A stretch of DNA of 64,000 bases. It comes from Monocercomonoides exilis PA203 (lineage: Eukaryota > Protista > Preaxostyla). The stretch's first letter is position 1. Every line of letters begins with the position of its first letter. The notes beneath the pieces were generated by a model. That model was not told where the DNA came from and did not search any database. It saw only the letters and a list, made by a program, of their open reading frames with translations. Positions 1 through 13,296 of this stretch are shown in pieces. A program made the translations under genes and the position numbers. Location of the stretch: the NCBI GenBank assembly GCA_001643675.2, contig LSRY02000066.1, forward strand, positions 124,001 to 188,000, given 5' to 3'.

Positions 1-1
1 T

Positions 2-2230
2 ATTGCCTCTCCTTCTCCTTCTCCTTTCCCTCTTCTTTCACCCACCCCTTTCCCATTCCAATCAGCTGCCTTGTCTTCAAACACTCCAATTCAGAACAAA
101 ACATTCTCACCAACTGTCTTCTCACCTCCTCCTTCTCCTTCTTCTGTCTCTTTTTCGTTCTCTGGCATTCACATGTCATCTGACTCAGAAATCAAACAGA
201 ACTTGTCTGATGCTTCTTCTCATTCAACTACAAAACAGGGTGATTTAATGGCATTTGATACACTTTCTGCAAATCAGTCTGCTTTTCAACAGCTTTCTTC
301 GTTTTTGAATTCTTCCACAACACAAACATCGACAGATGCAACTTCTTCTTCTTCTTCGTCTTCATCTTCTGTATCAAATGCTGATTTATCAACTTCTCCT
401 CAATCAGCAACCACTACAACCAACCAAACAACTGATTCATCATCATCATCATCATCATCATCATCTTCTTCTTCTTCATTCAAACCTCATTCTGGTTTTA
501 TGTGTCTGTCGTCGTCTGATCGGCTGTTTTTGCTTCGCCTTGCGTTGCAAATGGCACTCTCAACAGAGACATTCAGAGAAGAACAAGCAAAAACAACAGA
601 GAAAGCAGCAGTGAAGGAAAAAGAAAGGAAAGAAAGAGAGAAAGACATCAGAAATGCATACAATGAAATAGAAAAGGAGAGAAAAGAACTGGTAAGGAAT
701 ATATTTGAGATAGAGAAAGCATTGATCAACGAGAAATACACGAAAAATGCGGATGATATCAAAGCACACTTTGAAAAAGAAGGATTGACAGCACCGAAAA
801 AGCTGCTGAGCATCGCATTTACACCACAGAAACAGGAAGAGAAAGGAGGCAAGAAAAAAGATGAGGGCAAAAAATCGAATAAAAAAGGAGGAAAAGAAAA
901 GAAGACTCAATCAAAGAATTCGAATAAAGCAGGCAAAAAACAAGAGAAAGGTGCAGAGAAAGAGAAGAAATCGGAAGAACAAAAAAGTGACGAGAAAAAT
1001 TCAGATGCAACTGAAGCAATAAATCAGAAAACACCACAAAAATCACAAAGTGCACAAAAGGAAGCAAAAGAAAAAGAACAAAAAGCACAAAATGAAAGTC
1101 AGATTTCCTCTTTGATTGAAGCAGCAGTCAAGAAAGGAGGACAAACAAAGACAAACAAGATTCCTTTACAGGAGCATCCATTGTATTTATTGCTTGTTGA
1201 GAACTTGAAAGGGATGAAGAAAAAATTGGCGAAGAAGAACGAATTGAAGCAAGCAATTGAGATGATGAATGACAAATATGGATTTGATCAAGAATTATCA
1301 GAAGCGTTGAGAACAAAAATCTTTGGAGAAAAGAAGGATTCAAAAGAAAAGAGTGAAAAAAGCGACAAGAATGAAAAGAATGAAAAGAATGAGAAGAACG
1401 AAAAGAATACCAAAAATGAAAAGAACGAGAAAAACAGCAAGAAAAGCGAAGAAGAAAAAGAAAAATCTGACAAGTCAGAATCTTCAATGCCTACTGTGTG
1501 TTTGCCAGCAAAAGCGCTATCTTCTTTCTATTCACTCTTTTTGTCTTTTCCTTCTTTGTTGGTTGGGCCAAATGTTGTTCCATTGTCAATAACATTGCTT
1601 GGCTATGACAGAATGTTCAGAGAATATTTCGTCTTTTCGGGTGAAAAGGGAAGAATATGGATCAGAGACAAGATGAACAGAATAAGAGAATTCTCAATCG
1701 AAAAGGAAAAAGACGAAAGTGCGAAAAAGAGCGAGCAAAATAAGATACATATCCAAAACTATCCCAGTCTTTCTTATTCAAATTCTCCATCTTTCCCAGC
1801 ACTTTCTCCAATTTTGTCTTCTTCTCATTGCTCAGACACAACAATTCCATCATCATCATCTTTATCTTCATCTCATTTAATCACATCTTTGTATCCAACA
1901 GACTCTGTTCCCATCCATTCATCTTCTCTTCTTCCGTTTTCCTCTTTTTATGACAAGAATATTCCACAACATTATTCTTCACCTTTTTCACAACCTTCTT
2001 CGCAAGAATCGCAATCCATTTGGGGTTGGATGGACACAACAAAAGAGAACATTGCCAATTTGCTGTCTCTTCTAGATGCCAGAGGAATAAGAGAACACAG
2101 CTTATTTATCTCAATATGGATACACAAAAAGAAACTGATTAGAGAGTGGGAAGAAAAAGTTAGAGAAAAAGAGAAGGAGATAAAAAGAATGATTTATTTG
2201 GAGCAGCGAAGCATCAGAACTCGAAATTGA
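2..2230 (+). CDS. WHIM/WSD-motif protein (BAZ1/ACF1/Itc1-like ISWI partner), 5' partial
   Basis: The frame is open from position 2. LGYDRMFREYFVFSGEKGRIWI resembles WHIM2 (LGxDRxxRxYWxF), and WGWMDT..IANLLSLLDARGIREHSL resembles WHIM3 (LxxRGxRExxL). Ser-rich and Lys/Glu-rich linkers; ends at TGA 2228-2230. Confidence 0.7.
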   Translation: MASPSPSPFPLLSPTPFPFQSAALSSNTPIQNKTFSPTVFSPPPSPSSVSFSFSGIHMSSDSEIKQNLSDASSHSTTKQGDLMAFDTLSANQSAFQQLSSFLNSSTTQTSTDATSSSSSSSSSVSNADLSTSPQSATTTTNQTTDSSSSSSSSSSSSSSFKPHSGFMCLSSSDRLFLLRLALQMALSTETFREEQAKTTEKAAVKEKERKEREKDIRNAYNEIEKERKELVRNIFEIEKALINEKYTKNADDIKAHFEKEGLTAPKKLLSIAFTPQKQEEKGGKKKDEGKKSNKKGGKEKKTQSKNSNKAGKKQEKGAEKEKKSEEQKSDEKNSDATEAINQKTPQKSQSAQKEAKEKEQKAQNESQISSLIEAAVKKGGQTKTNKIPLQEHPLYLLLVENLKGMKKKLAKKNELKQAIEMMNDKYGFDQELSEALRTKIFGEKKDSKEKSEKSDKNEKNEKNEKNEKNTKNEKNEKNSKKSEEEKEKSDKSESSMPTVCLPAKALSSFYSLFLSFPSLLVGPNVVPLSITLLGYDRMFREYFVFSGEKGRIWIRDKMNRIREFSIEKEKDESAKKSEQNKIHIQNYPSLSYSNSPSFPALSPILSSSHCSDTTIPSSSSLSSSHLITSLYPTDSVPIHSSSLLPFSSFYDKNIPQHYSSPFSQPSSQESQSIWGWMDTTKENIANLLSLLDARGIREHSLFISIWIHKKKLIREWEEKVREKEKEIKRMIYLEQRSIRTRN
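1366..1432 (+). repeat. Coding 9-nt tandem repeat (AAGAATGAA-like) encoding (KNE)n
   Basis: About 7 imperfect copies, giving KNEKNEKNEKNEKNTKNEKNEKN. Confidence 0.8.
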
Positions 2231-2520
2231 AGCATTTTCAGTTAGTAATTTAACATAAATCACTATGATTTGTTGAGTTTTTGTATATCGGGATTTTGAA
2301 CAAGAAATAACATTTCAAATATTTGTGCAAAGAAATCTCAAATAGAATAAATACACATTTCGTTTCTTTACTTTTCTTACTAACTTTAAAAGTACTAAAT
2401 ACAATTTTGAAGCAATATCAATCGCAAAAATGACAGATCATTTTGTTTTTTATTTTTACCCTTAATATAATTATTTATCATTTCAAATAGGTAAATATTC
2501 GATTTGTTTTTTCATAAGGA

Positions 2521-5500
2521 ATGCATCCTGCAAATCCTTTTCAGCAGGTATTAAAATATTTATTCTTAGGAAATTTGTGGTTATTTATTTATTTATTTTT
2601 AACTTGTCATTAAGACTGAAAGGAAATTTAGTTTTCCAATTAAATTCACAGTAAACAAATGCTTGATTTCAAATGATTTAATGTTTATAATTGGAAGTAA
2701 AGCGATATGCGCTTATGATACATCAACACAATCAATTCTCCAATCATTTCTACACAACGATCAAATTATTTCCTCATCTCTAATTGAGAAATTGGAATCT
2801 CTTTGGATTGCAGATGACAAAGGGCAAATAACAGTGCTTTCTATAAATGTTTGCATTTTGATTATTTTGTTTTAACGATTCAAATTATAATTTTCATTTT
2901 GACATCAATAATTTTCAGAAACAAAGCCTGTTGACAATTACGCATCAGCTGTTTGAACCTATTTTTCATTTCATTTTGTTTAATTTTAGATAATTTCCCA
3001 CGAAATGTATCTTTGATTTTACAATATTTTTAGTAACGTTACAGGGAATATAATCACAAGCTTAACACATTCCGATATAGAACCTTTCACTATTTGGGGC
3101 TGTGGGGCAGATGGTAACGTGTATCAATGGGACGGGGAAACATATGAGATGCTCCATAATATAAAAGTTGCGTCTTGTTCATTGAATGTGATCCATGAAT
3201 CCTTCCGTCATGTATGGGTCGGTGGGCAAAATGGGGATGTTTACTGCTGCGACGAAAATGTGCTTGACGAAGAAGATTTGAATCTTTCTCTTACAGACAG
3301 CTTTGATTCTGAAATGAGTTTGGAAAAAACAAACAAAGAAATGGGGACAGTGCAATTCTTTAAAAAAATTGAATGTAGAAGTGCAAATGACACTGTAATA
3401 TCAATTCTTTCTGCTGGAGAAGTCGCATTTGTCGGATTTCAGTCTGGCATTGTGAAGAAAGTGGCTTCCGATTCAATCTCTTCTCATTCATCTGCTTCAG
3501 CATCTGTTGCACCTTCATCTTCAATGGAGAAAGATTTGGCTTTGACTGAGTCACATGTTCTCACACAATTTCACTTTCCTCGTCCCATAAAAGACATTTT
3601 AAACTGTGGCGATTCAATAATTGTCCTTACAAGTCCACTTCGTCCAACTGCAGATAACCTTTCGACTATTTTCGTTTTGTATCGAAATTTGTCGGATAAA
3701 TCGACTGTATTCAGAAGAAGAATTCATTTGGGCCAAGGAGAAGTTCCCTTGACAATAGTCGCAGAAAATAAAGAAGAAGAAGAAGAAAGTGAGAGACCAA
3801 AAGCTGAAGATCTTGCAGAAAAATGCGAAAATAAACATGTGAATGAAAAAGAAGTGCAACCAACAAAGAAAAATCGTTTATACGTAATTTTATCATCGAA
3901 TCAATGCATTGAATTCGAAGAAAAAGAAGAAGCAAAAGAGAGCACACCTTCTAAACAAGAAAAGACCGAATCAATGAAAACACCATCACCATCTCAAAAA
4001 TTGAATGAAACAAAGGATTCATTATCATCCCCAGTTTCAGCCCTTCAGTCTTCAACCTTAACTTCAGCTTCTCAAATGTCATCTATTTCGCCAATGTTCA
4101 CGCCCGTCTCACAACGTTTACCATCTTCTGTGAACACATCGACTTCTCTTTCATCGCCAAATATTTCTCCTTCTTTGTCTTCTATTTCTGAGGAAGAGGT
4201 GAGGACGATTATTCCTCCGACACGCTTCCTACAGCCGAAAATGAAAGAAGAGAAAAATGAAGAAGCAGAAGAGGAGAGGAGAAAAGAGATGCAAAGAGAA
4301 AATGAAATGGAAGAATACAAAATGAGAATTAAACGATTGGAGGAAGAGATGAAGAAAGCAAAGCGAATTTTTGAAGAAAAACAGCAAATAGAAGACGAGA
4401 AAAACGAAATTGAGGACAAATATTTTGAATTAAGAGACGAAATTGCAGAAGAACGAAGGAAAAATGAAGAAAAAACAAAAGAAATTGAAAGAGAAAAAGA
4501 ATATTGGGCAGATGAAGTCAAAGAATACGACTTGCAAATTGCAAAATTGAAGGAAGAAAACAAAAAGTTGAATGCTGATTATTTGAGTGAGAAAAATAAC
4601 AGCGAAAGAATCACAGCTCAAATGAATGAACTGAAATCAGACTTGAAAAGAGAAATTGAAGCTGTCAAAGAAAAAGAAGAGAAAGAAAGAAAAGCTTCAG
4701 AAGAAGAGTTGGAGCAAGAAAGAAAAAAGAAGGAAGAAGCCGAAGCAAACGTGAAAGAACTACAAAAACAGTTGAATGAGAAGGAAGAAGAGATGGAAAG
4801 AAGAGAAAGAGAAAATGAAAGCACAATCCAAAAAATGGAAGAGATGATAAAGCAAAAAGAAGAGAAAGAAATGGAAGAGGAGAAGCAGAATGAAGAGAAC
4901 AAACAGATTTTGATAGAAAAAGAAGCTGAACTGAAAAGCGCTAAAAATGAATATGAATTAATGAAGAATTTAAAAGAAGAGGAAATCAAGAATTTGACAG
5001 ATGAATTGCAAAAATGGAAAGAAATAAAAGAAAACGAACAAAAAGACGAAAACGAAGCAATAAAGAAACTGGAACAAATAATTCAAGAGAAAAATGATAT
5101 TATTGACAAAAATGCGGATGAGATGAAAGAGAAAGAAGAAGAATTGAAAAACAGGGAAACATTAATTGAAGAACATGAAGCGGAAATTCAGAGATTGAAA
5201 AGTGAAATTGAACAAAAGAAAGAAACGGAAGAAAGAGAGAGGAGAGGAAGAGAGGAAGAGAATGAAGAAAGAGAGAAAGAACACAAAGAGAAAATGGAAG
5301 AATTGAGAAAGCAATTAATGCAGAAAGATGAAGAGTTATTAAGAAAAGCACAAGAGATGGAAGAGAAAGAAAGAGAGTTAGAAGAGAAAGCAAAGGAAAT
5401 TGAAGAAAAGACAAATGAAGTTGATGAGAAAACAAAAGAGATTGAAGAGAAAGCAAAAGAAGAAGAAGAAAGAAACAATGATTTGGCAGAAAGAATTGAG

Positions 5501-6454
5501 AAAGAAAAAGAAATGAAAATGAAAATTGAGGAATTGGAGGAGCAAATAAAGACCTTTGAGAGAAAACAACAAGAACAAGAACAAGAGAAGGCAACAGAGA
5601 ACATGGAACAAAGCGAAGAAAATGCTCCAAAGAAAGAAGCTGACAATACACACACGACGCCAATTGTGCCTAAGTTTAATCTCACTCCTCAGTTTGTCCC
5701 TCTTTCTTATTCGAGTCAGCTGCCCACGTCATCTCCTTCGCGATTCAACCACACTTCATCTGCCTCTTCCAGTTCTTCTGCTTCGAATCCTTATTCTGAT
5801 TTGACGGCACCTCCGTCTTCTATTTCACCTCCTCTGTTTAATTCTCCAGCTGGTTCTGCTGCTCGTCAGAATCATCTCATGTCTCTCTCAAATCTGCACA
5901 CGTCTCCATCGTCTTCAGCTTCAGCTCAGCTTCTTCCTCCGCTTCCTTCATCCTCAGCACTCACACCAAGAAGAGCTAAAAAGGCATCTGAAATGCCTTC
6001 AGTTGTATCAGCTGTTACTCCAATTCATCAATATTCTCTTTCGTATTCACCTTCTTCATCATCCTCGTCTTCATCATCACCTCCCTCACAGTCTCCCATC
6101 ACTCCACGCTCCTCCCTTTCCTCTTCTATCTCCACTCCATTTTTCGAGTCCACTGCCTCTCTTCTTTCGTCGCTGGCGACTCTGTCTGAGATTAATGCCA
6201 CGCTTCAGCTGTCGACAGATCAGATGCTGGCGTCTCTTGTTCTCTATTGGTCAGCACACAAAGAAGACGAGATGCTCATTGGAGACATGTCTTCTGCACT
6301 GGGCGAGCTGATCTTGAAGAGCGAAGTGGAAGCGGTGGAGAGGGAGAAGGAAATGGTGGAGTTTCAGGTGAAGCTGGAAGAAAAGGAGAAGGAAATCGAA
6401 AGATTGGAAGAAGGAAGCATGAGAAAAACATTATCAGGAAAATCAAAAAAATAA
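2521..6454 (+). CDS. N-terminal WD40/beta-propeller-like domain plus long coiled coil; spliced
   Basis: Exons about 2521-2547, 2615-2848, 2919-2950 and 3034-6454 join in frame across GT-AG introns. Blade-like motifs LWIADDKGQITV, IWGCGADGNVYQWD, VWVGGQNGDVY and AFVGFQSGIV are followed by ~450 aa of E/K coiled coil. Confidence 0.65.
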
Positions 6455-7231
6455 AAGAAACGAAAATCTATCAGGAGAAAGCATCAAATACTTTGAAAAA
6501 GCAGAAAGCTTTTTGAGAAAGAAATTGTTCAGGATGATTCATTAATCACAAAAAACAAATATGAAACATTTGCAACTGATTAATCTGTTATTTTGAGTCA
6601 AAGAAAATTTTATTGAATATAGTTATGAATTCAGTAAACACTTTTCATCTTCGAAGTTTTTTGTTTATTTGTCAAAGTTTCAAATATTTTTTATTGTTCA
6701 CTTCAACATTTCAGAAAAAACATGTGTTTGAAATTCTTAGCTTCATTTTGATAAAAAAATTTTAAAAAGAATGATTCGAATTCTTCCAAAAATTGAAATC
6801 CTTGGAGATAAAAAAAAAAGAAATAAACAAAGTTCCTTCATTTTTTGCAATAACCTGAAAGAAAACTGAAAATCTGAATATTCACAATGAGTTCCTTACA
6901 CACGAAAAACGAACTTAAAAATAATCCTGAGTTCACAAATTCACTCACTCACAAAGTAGAAAAGAAATGAAAAAGATAAGAAAAGAAAAAGAAAACGAAT
7001 AAGTCTTTTATAATCAATCGAAATAAAAGGCAAATCGCTTAAAAACAAACAAAAGTTTCAAAAAACATTGTATTTTAAAAAAATTTCAATGACATTTCAG
7101 TAAATGCTACTGATAGTTAATATGATTTACAACGTAATGCATATAAGAATAAAAGATAGTGAGATAATCATGACAAAAAACTTTGTTATTTAAATGTGAA
7201 AGGTTAAGCTTAACAAAAATCTGAAAAGAAT

Positions 7232-10200
7232 TCATCCTCCTTGAAAATTCTTTGAGCAAGCAGGATGAGAAACATATCTTTTATGAGAATGAGAAGAGAC
7301 AACTGAAAAGGGACTTTGAAAGGGGCTTGAAAAAGGAGGGGCAAAAGGAGAGGCAAAAGGAGATGAAGTGAACGGGAAAGAAGAAGCAGAGAAAGTGTAA
7401 GCAGAAGACGAAGGCGGAAAATGGAAAGCAGAACGAGGCGAAGAAGCATTGGAATTACTTCGAGCGGAAGAAGGTTTTGTTTGGTGGGTATCAAAATTGA
7501 ATGAGACACTCTTTGAAGGAAAAGATTGTCTCATTGAAGACAACACTGAAGCAGATGGAGAAGATGCAGCAGAACGAGAGCTAAAAGGAATATTTCTGTC
7601 TTTTTGTTCTCTTTCACTGTTAATTTGGTCATCATCTTCAATGTTTAACAGCATCGCCTGCAAATCTTTGTCTTCTTGTATCACTTTCCTTTCTGGATGG
7701 AGTAGAGTTGGTGAAAAAGCTAATGATTGCACCGGAGAATAATGTTTGCGTGTTTCATCTGCTTCATCTTCAAAGGAAGAAGGTTGAATTTCCATTGGGG
7801 GATTCTTCAATGCAATTGGGATGACAGATGAAGATGTGATGGATGAAGGAGAAGACGAAGACGAAGAGGAAGACGAAGGAGGAGGAGATGGAGAAGATGG
7901 AGAAGTGGCAGGAGAGACATTCAGAGTAGAGACAAAATAAGGAGAAGGAGAAGGAGAAGAAGAAGTCTGAGGGGAATATGAAGAATGTGAAGAGGAAGAA
8001 GAAGAAGCAGCAGCAGCAGAAGAAGATGATGATGAATGAACAGAAGGAACAGCAGGAGCAGAAGGAGGAGCAGTAATTCTGAGAGATCTGAAAGGGAAAG
8101 CGCTTGCAGAAAGCTGATGGAAAAGTGGCTGTTGTGATGAAGAGGAAGAGGAAGAGGAAGAGAAGGAGAAAGAAGCAGATTTGTCGTGTTTGTGTTGTCT
8201 TGGCGTTGGTCTACCGAAAGAAGCGAAGGAAGAATTGGGAGAAAGAATGAGTGGATTGGAAGGGGGTTTGGGATTGATGGTGAAAGGAGGAGGGAAAAAG
8301 GAGGGGATGGCTAAAGGAGACTGGTTGGAAGAGGGAAATGCAGATGAGGGAGAAGGAGAAGGAGAAGGAGAAGAGAAAGAGAAAGAGAAAGAGGAAGATG
8401 AAGATGAAATAGCAAAGGGAGAAGAAGCAGAAGAATTAGTTGGACGAAGAAAAGCAGAAGAAGGCGGACGAGGGAAAACAAGGGTTTCTGTTGAAATTGA
8501 AGTACTTTGAGGTAAAGGCAACTGGCTGAATGATCTTTTTTGGAGTTTGTTTGACTCATCTGCTTTGAAAACAAAAGGCGTATAATTCATTTGTGGCTGA
8601 ATGAGCGATGAAGTCGGAGGAGAAAGAGAAAAGGCATTTGGCACAGAAGAATGTGGAGATGCATTTGAAATGGGTTTCTTTCCTTCGAAAGAGAAAGATG
8701 CTCTTTGAAATGAAGGAGGATGAGAGGGAAACATTGAGCGATAGTAAGAAGGCATCGGACGAGCTCTGAAGGTTGGAGATTGAGAAGGCAAATGAGATGA
8801 AGAAGGATTCGGAGAAATAGGAGCCTTTGAATCGGAGGAGCGCGGAGAAATTACTGGATGATTCTCCGAAGAAGGAGAAAGGGAAGGAGTGGAGGAAGAA
8901 GGAGAAGAGGAAGGTGAGGAAGAAGTGGATGGAGAAGAAGGATTGGCTGAAATGGAAGAAGGAACTGAGGATTTATTCAGCGAAATTGAAGAAGGCGAAT
9001 TCTGATCAGACAAAACAGTCTGGGCAGCAGAGAAAGGAGAAGGAAAGGAGGAAGCAGAAGACAAGGCAGACGAGGAACGAGGGGTGAGAATACGAGGAGA
9101 ACAGCTGTTTGATGGGATGAGAAGAGGAGAGGATGAAGGAGGAGGAGGAGAATGAGAAGAAGAATGAGAAGAAGAAGAACGAGAGGGGATGAGAGTGTTG
9201 GGTGTTGAGAATAATGTCTGAATGTGTTGGCTGTCTGCGTTTGAATCTTTTTTCACTTCTGCTTTTGTTTCTTCATTTTCTCTTTCTTCAAACAGCTCTT
9301 TGTTGACATTCACATCTTTCTGCTTTCCGCAATTCTGTTCATTCTCTTTCTCTAAGTGCTTCTCTTCTTCTCTTCCATCCATCTCATTCATTTCTTCCTC
9401 TTTCTCTTCTTCTTCTTCTTCTTCTTCTTCTTCATTGCTGTTGTCAAATGAATACAGAAGAGAAGGAAACAGCAGAAGAGGAATGAATGGCTGGTGCGGA
9501 TTCGTCAAATACTCCATCAGATCAGAAGAATACTCAAATTGGCTGCTTTTTGACTGCTGCTTAATTTTTGGGGTAGTTTTGATTGAGATCGGAGAAGAAA
9601 GAGAAGGCGAAGGAAAAGAAATGGAAAACGTTTGTGCAGATGTCAAATGCAGTTTTTCATTCGATTTTAAATCTTCTCTCGTTTTGCTGCTTTTCCTATC
9701 TGCAACTTCCTTTCCACTTCTGCTGAGAAACCCATCAGCCACATCAGCATTGTCCAAATAATTTGATGTTCCTTTCTTTTTCCTTCTGCCATCAACTGAA
9801 TGTGCTCTCCTGTCATTCACATTGCTTTTGCCTTCTCCTTCTTTTGCTCCTTTTGTTCGTGAAGCTTTTCTTCGCCTTTTGTTTATTTCTTGTGAATGAG
9901 AACGTCGAAATGGTTCGTTCTTTTGAAAGCGACTTGGCCGCCTGAATGAAATTGAGCGTCTTGTTATCTCTTTCTCTTTCTCTTTCTCTTTGAACTTCTC
10001 TTTCTCTTTATCTTGCTTGTCAAATAACAGTGAAGGAGATTGAGGTTTTAAGGAAAAGGAAGATAAAGTTTCTGAAGTTGCATTCTGTTTGAATGATGTT
10101 TTATTTGGAGCAACAGCTGAAGAATAAGAAGAAGATGATGATGAAATGGAATTTGTGAATGCCATTGCTGAAGAAGAAGATGCACCTGAACAATTTGTTT

Positions 10201-11686
10201 TCTGCTCTCTTCCACTTTCATTGGCAACTTCATTGGAGATGCCAAAAGTTAAGCGAGTGACCTCTTCCTTCACTGTCTGAGGCACAATTCCATCGAGCAC
10301 CCCTATTCGCCTCACTTCTGATAGATGTGACTGAGATTGATGAGGCAAAGATGCTGCTGAGGGCGAAGCAGAAATACGATTGGCTTTTGACTTTTTCTCT
10401 TTTGTTTTTCTTTTCTTTTCTTCTTTTTGAGATTTTTGTTTGATGGCTTTTTTCTCCTCTTTTTCTTTATTATTCTCTTCCTCTTTTTCAAAAACATTAT
10501 CTTCATTTTCATCATCATCATCATCAACACATCTGTCAAACACACCCTCCAGCACTTCTTTGATAGCTGGCCTGTTTCGCTCATCTTTCTCGAGGCATTT
10601 CATCACCATTCGTCCCAAAGACGACGGAACTCTTTCACTTATGATACGTAAGTAAAGTTGCTTTTCTTGCTCCCACAATGCCTTCTTGATTTCCTTTGAT
10701 GAATTGCGAGTTGGCTGCTTTTGTTCTTCTGGATGCTTACTCGTGGATTGGATAGAATTCGCTTTGCTTTCTGACAGTTTATCATTTTGCTTTCTTTCGG
10801 AAAGCTTTTCTAATTTCTTTGTTGAGCAATTAAAGCCTCCATAGTTTGTTCTAAAAGCATAGTGTTCAATTAAACTCCTTGGGACAGTGTGAAATACCCT
10901 GTCCAGCAGCATCGAGTAGTTTGTGCTGGCGAATGGATGCTCTAACACACTTAGCAAATACAGCAGGCACCCAACAGACCACACATCGCATTTGCATGTG
11001 TATTTCTCCTTCACCAGCACTTCAGGGGCCATGTACAGCGGAGTTCCTGCATGAGTTGTCATGAGTGAATCACTACTGCTTATCGCTCTTGAGGATCCAA
11101 AGTCACCTATTTTCACTGTCAAATTTTTACTCAAGAGGATATTTGACGATTTTAAATCTCGATGAACTATATTGTTCTGGTGCAAATAAGCAACACCACT
11201 ACAAATTTCCCAAGAAATCCGTAGGAGTTCCCCACGAGAGAGCAAATTTCTTTTTTCTTTTCGTTTTAACACGAATTGTTCGAGATTTCCTTCTTCCACA
11301 TACTCCATTATTAAAAATAAATCACTTTTCTCAATAAATGCTCCAAAGCACGCAACAAGAAACGGATGTCTTAATTTTAGCATAATTGATGCTTCCTTTT
11401 GAGCTCTTGCAACATCCTTGATTTTGTCTAAATTCATATGTATTTTTTTGACTGCGTAAATATTTCCAGGAAACAAATCTTCCCAAGAAGATTTACGACA
11501 CCAAGAAACATTGACAGATTCATGCATTACATGTTCAGGGGAATACAAGGCCTTCAGCACAGTTCCATACGCTCCATGTCCGATTTCATCTAAAAATGTG
11601 AAGGCCTCTAAAAAGAAAGTTCAATCAAAATCGAATAGAGACTTGAAAGCTGAAAACATTAAATGTTACAAACCTGAACATAGCAT
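7232..11686 (-). CDS. NEK (NIMA-related) Ser/Thr protein kinase with ~1,100-aa low-complexity C-terminal tail
   Basis: IGHGAYGTV lies just upstream of the listed ORF, after intron 11608-11673. Also AVKKI, HRDLKSSNILL, KIGDFG, GTPLYMAPE and KCDVWSVGC. The true start is uncertain: ATG at 11686, or further 5' exons. Confidence 0.88.
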
Positions 11687-12041
11687 AAATGCTGTTTTCC
11701 TTTCTGTGGCACAATACTTGATGTTATCTGATCTAAAAGTTAATATATTTTTCACAATTTTCCTTTTCTGCAAATAATGAATATCAAAATCTTCAATGAA
11801 TTTCCAAATTTCTCATGAACTTCACTATCATCAAAAACATCGGTCCCTTTACTACATTTTTTTCTTGAGATTCATATTTTAAAAAAAGAGCTGATATCTT
11901 CTTTTCAAATTATTATAATAAAAAGTTATGTGATATGTTCAAAATGTTTCGCTTTCGTAAAAAGAAAGATTACTGAATTGTACAAAAAGCCATCAATAAC
12001 AAAAAAAACACTCAGATTTCCATTATTAATTATTTTAGTTA

Positions 12042-12964
12042 ATGTCCATGGAAATATCGTCGACTCCCTCGGCGAAGGCTGTTAAGTTAGCTATACATTG
12101 TCGATTTTTAAGATTTCTTGTAAAATATGTTTACTATTATCGTGTATCATTTTTGTTTACAACAGAAAAAGCCCCGGAGTCGTCATCATTCCTGGATCTA
12201 TGCGTCCTGATGGAACTTATCGTAAAGAAACGAGAATGAAAGCTGGATATTTACCACCTGAATTTGCATGATAACATTATTTATTAATTTAATAATATGC
12301 CTTTCTAACTTGGCTTTTTATTTTAAGATACCAAAATATTCTTCAGCTTCACGGAATTTATCATCTTGCAGTAACCAACGGATTTCCACTGGATCCCCAA
12401 TAAGTTCGTTACAGCAAAAGCGTCCGAAAGTTTGGTTTGAAAAGCTATTTATTACACGATCTAATTTCAAAAATAAAAAATAAAAATTCTATTAGTGGTC
12501 TTACTCAGGAAACTTACAACGAAGTTATAGCTTCCATGATTAAATCCTCACAAGAAGCGACGAAAAAAAGCAAGGAAATTCAGCAAGCAAAAGCAAAACA
12601 AGCAGCAAAACAATCTGCAAAGCAGGTTGCAAAAGAAGCTGCAAAAGAAACGACAAAAGAGACTGTCAAAGACACAATCAAAGAAACAGTTACAAAGAGC
12701 ACTCAACCAGAGACAGCAATCGAAACAAAGACTGAAGGAACCGCTGATATCGAACAATATTCCGATGCTGATTCAATCCAAAGGAGAATTCGAAATTTGA
12801 AGAAAAAAGTTCGAAAAAACCAAGAAAAGCTTCAGTCAACTGAAGACCAGAACGAAGAAGAACGATCTTTGAAGGAAACAAGGATTTCTGATGCAAAAGA
12901 TGAGATTTCTGCATTAGAAGCGAAGTTGGCAAGCATTTCATCTGAACCAGAAAAGAAGTCTTGA
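12042..12964 (+). CDS. PYM1: PYM/WIBG (partner of Y14-Mago, exon junction complex recycling factor); 4 exons
   Basis: The spliced product reads ...IIPGSMRPDGTYRKETRMKAGYLPPEF|IPKYSS..., matching the Mago-binding motif (RPDGTWRKxRRVKxGYVPQEEVPxY). C-terminal IQRRIRNLKKKVR coiled coil. Introns 12086-12165, 12266-12327 (GC-AG) and about 12430/12435-12495/12508. Confidence 0.88.
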
Positions 12965-13296
12965 ATATCAGTGTGTTGATTTTTATTTGGGAAATTACAT
13001 TTAAATAAATAATTTTTGTTATCAATTTCAAAACAGCCTCTACATGTATATCACAATCATCGATTCATTTCACACATTTCCTCACATTCTTAATTATTTA
13101 TATGTTCTTAATAGTTTTTTGAAGACAATTGACTTCAAATCTTAAATGAAAAAAAAATTATTAATTATTTATGAATAACGTTTATTTTTTGTTTAATTGT
13201 TTTCTGCAGAAAAGATAAAAAAAAGAAAGGATAAAACAGAACGAAAAAATTATTTTATCTTAAAATATGGAGTAATTGACATCTCCTATTTGTCGT

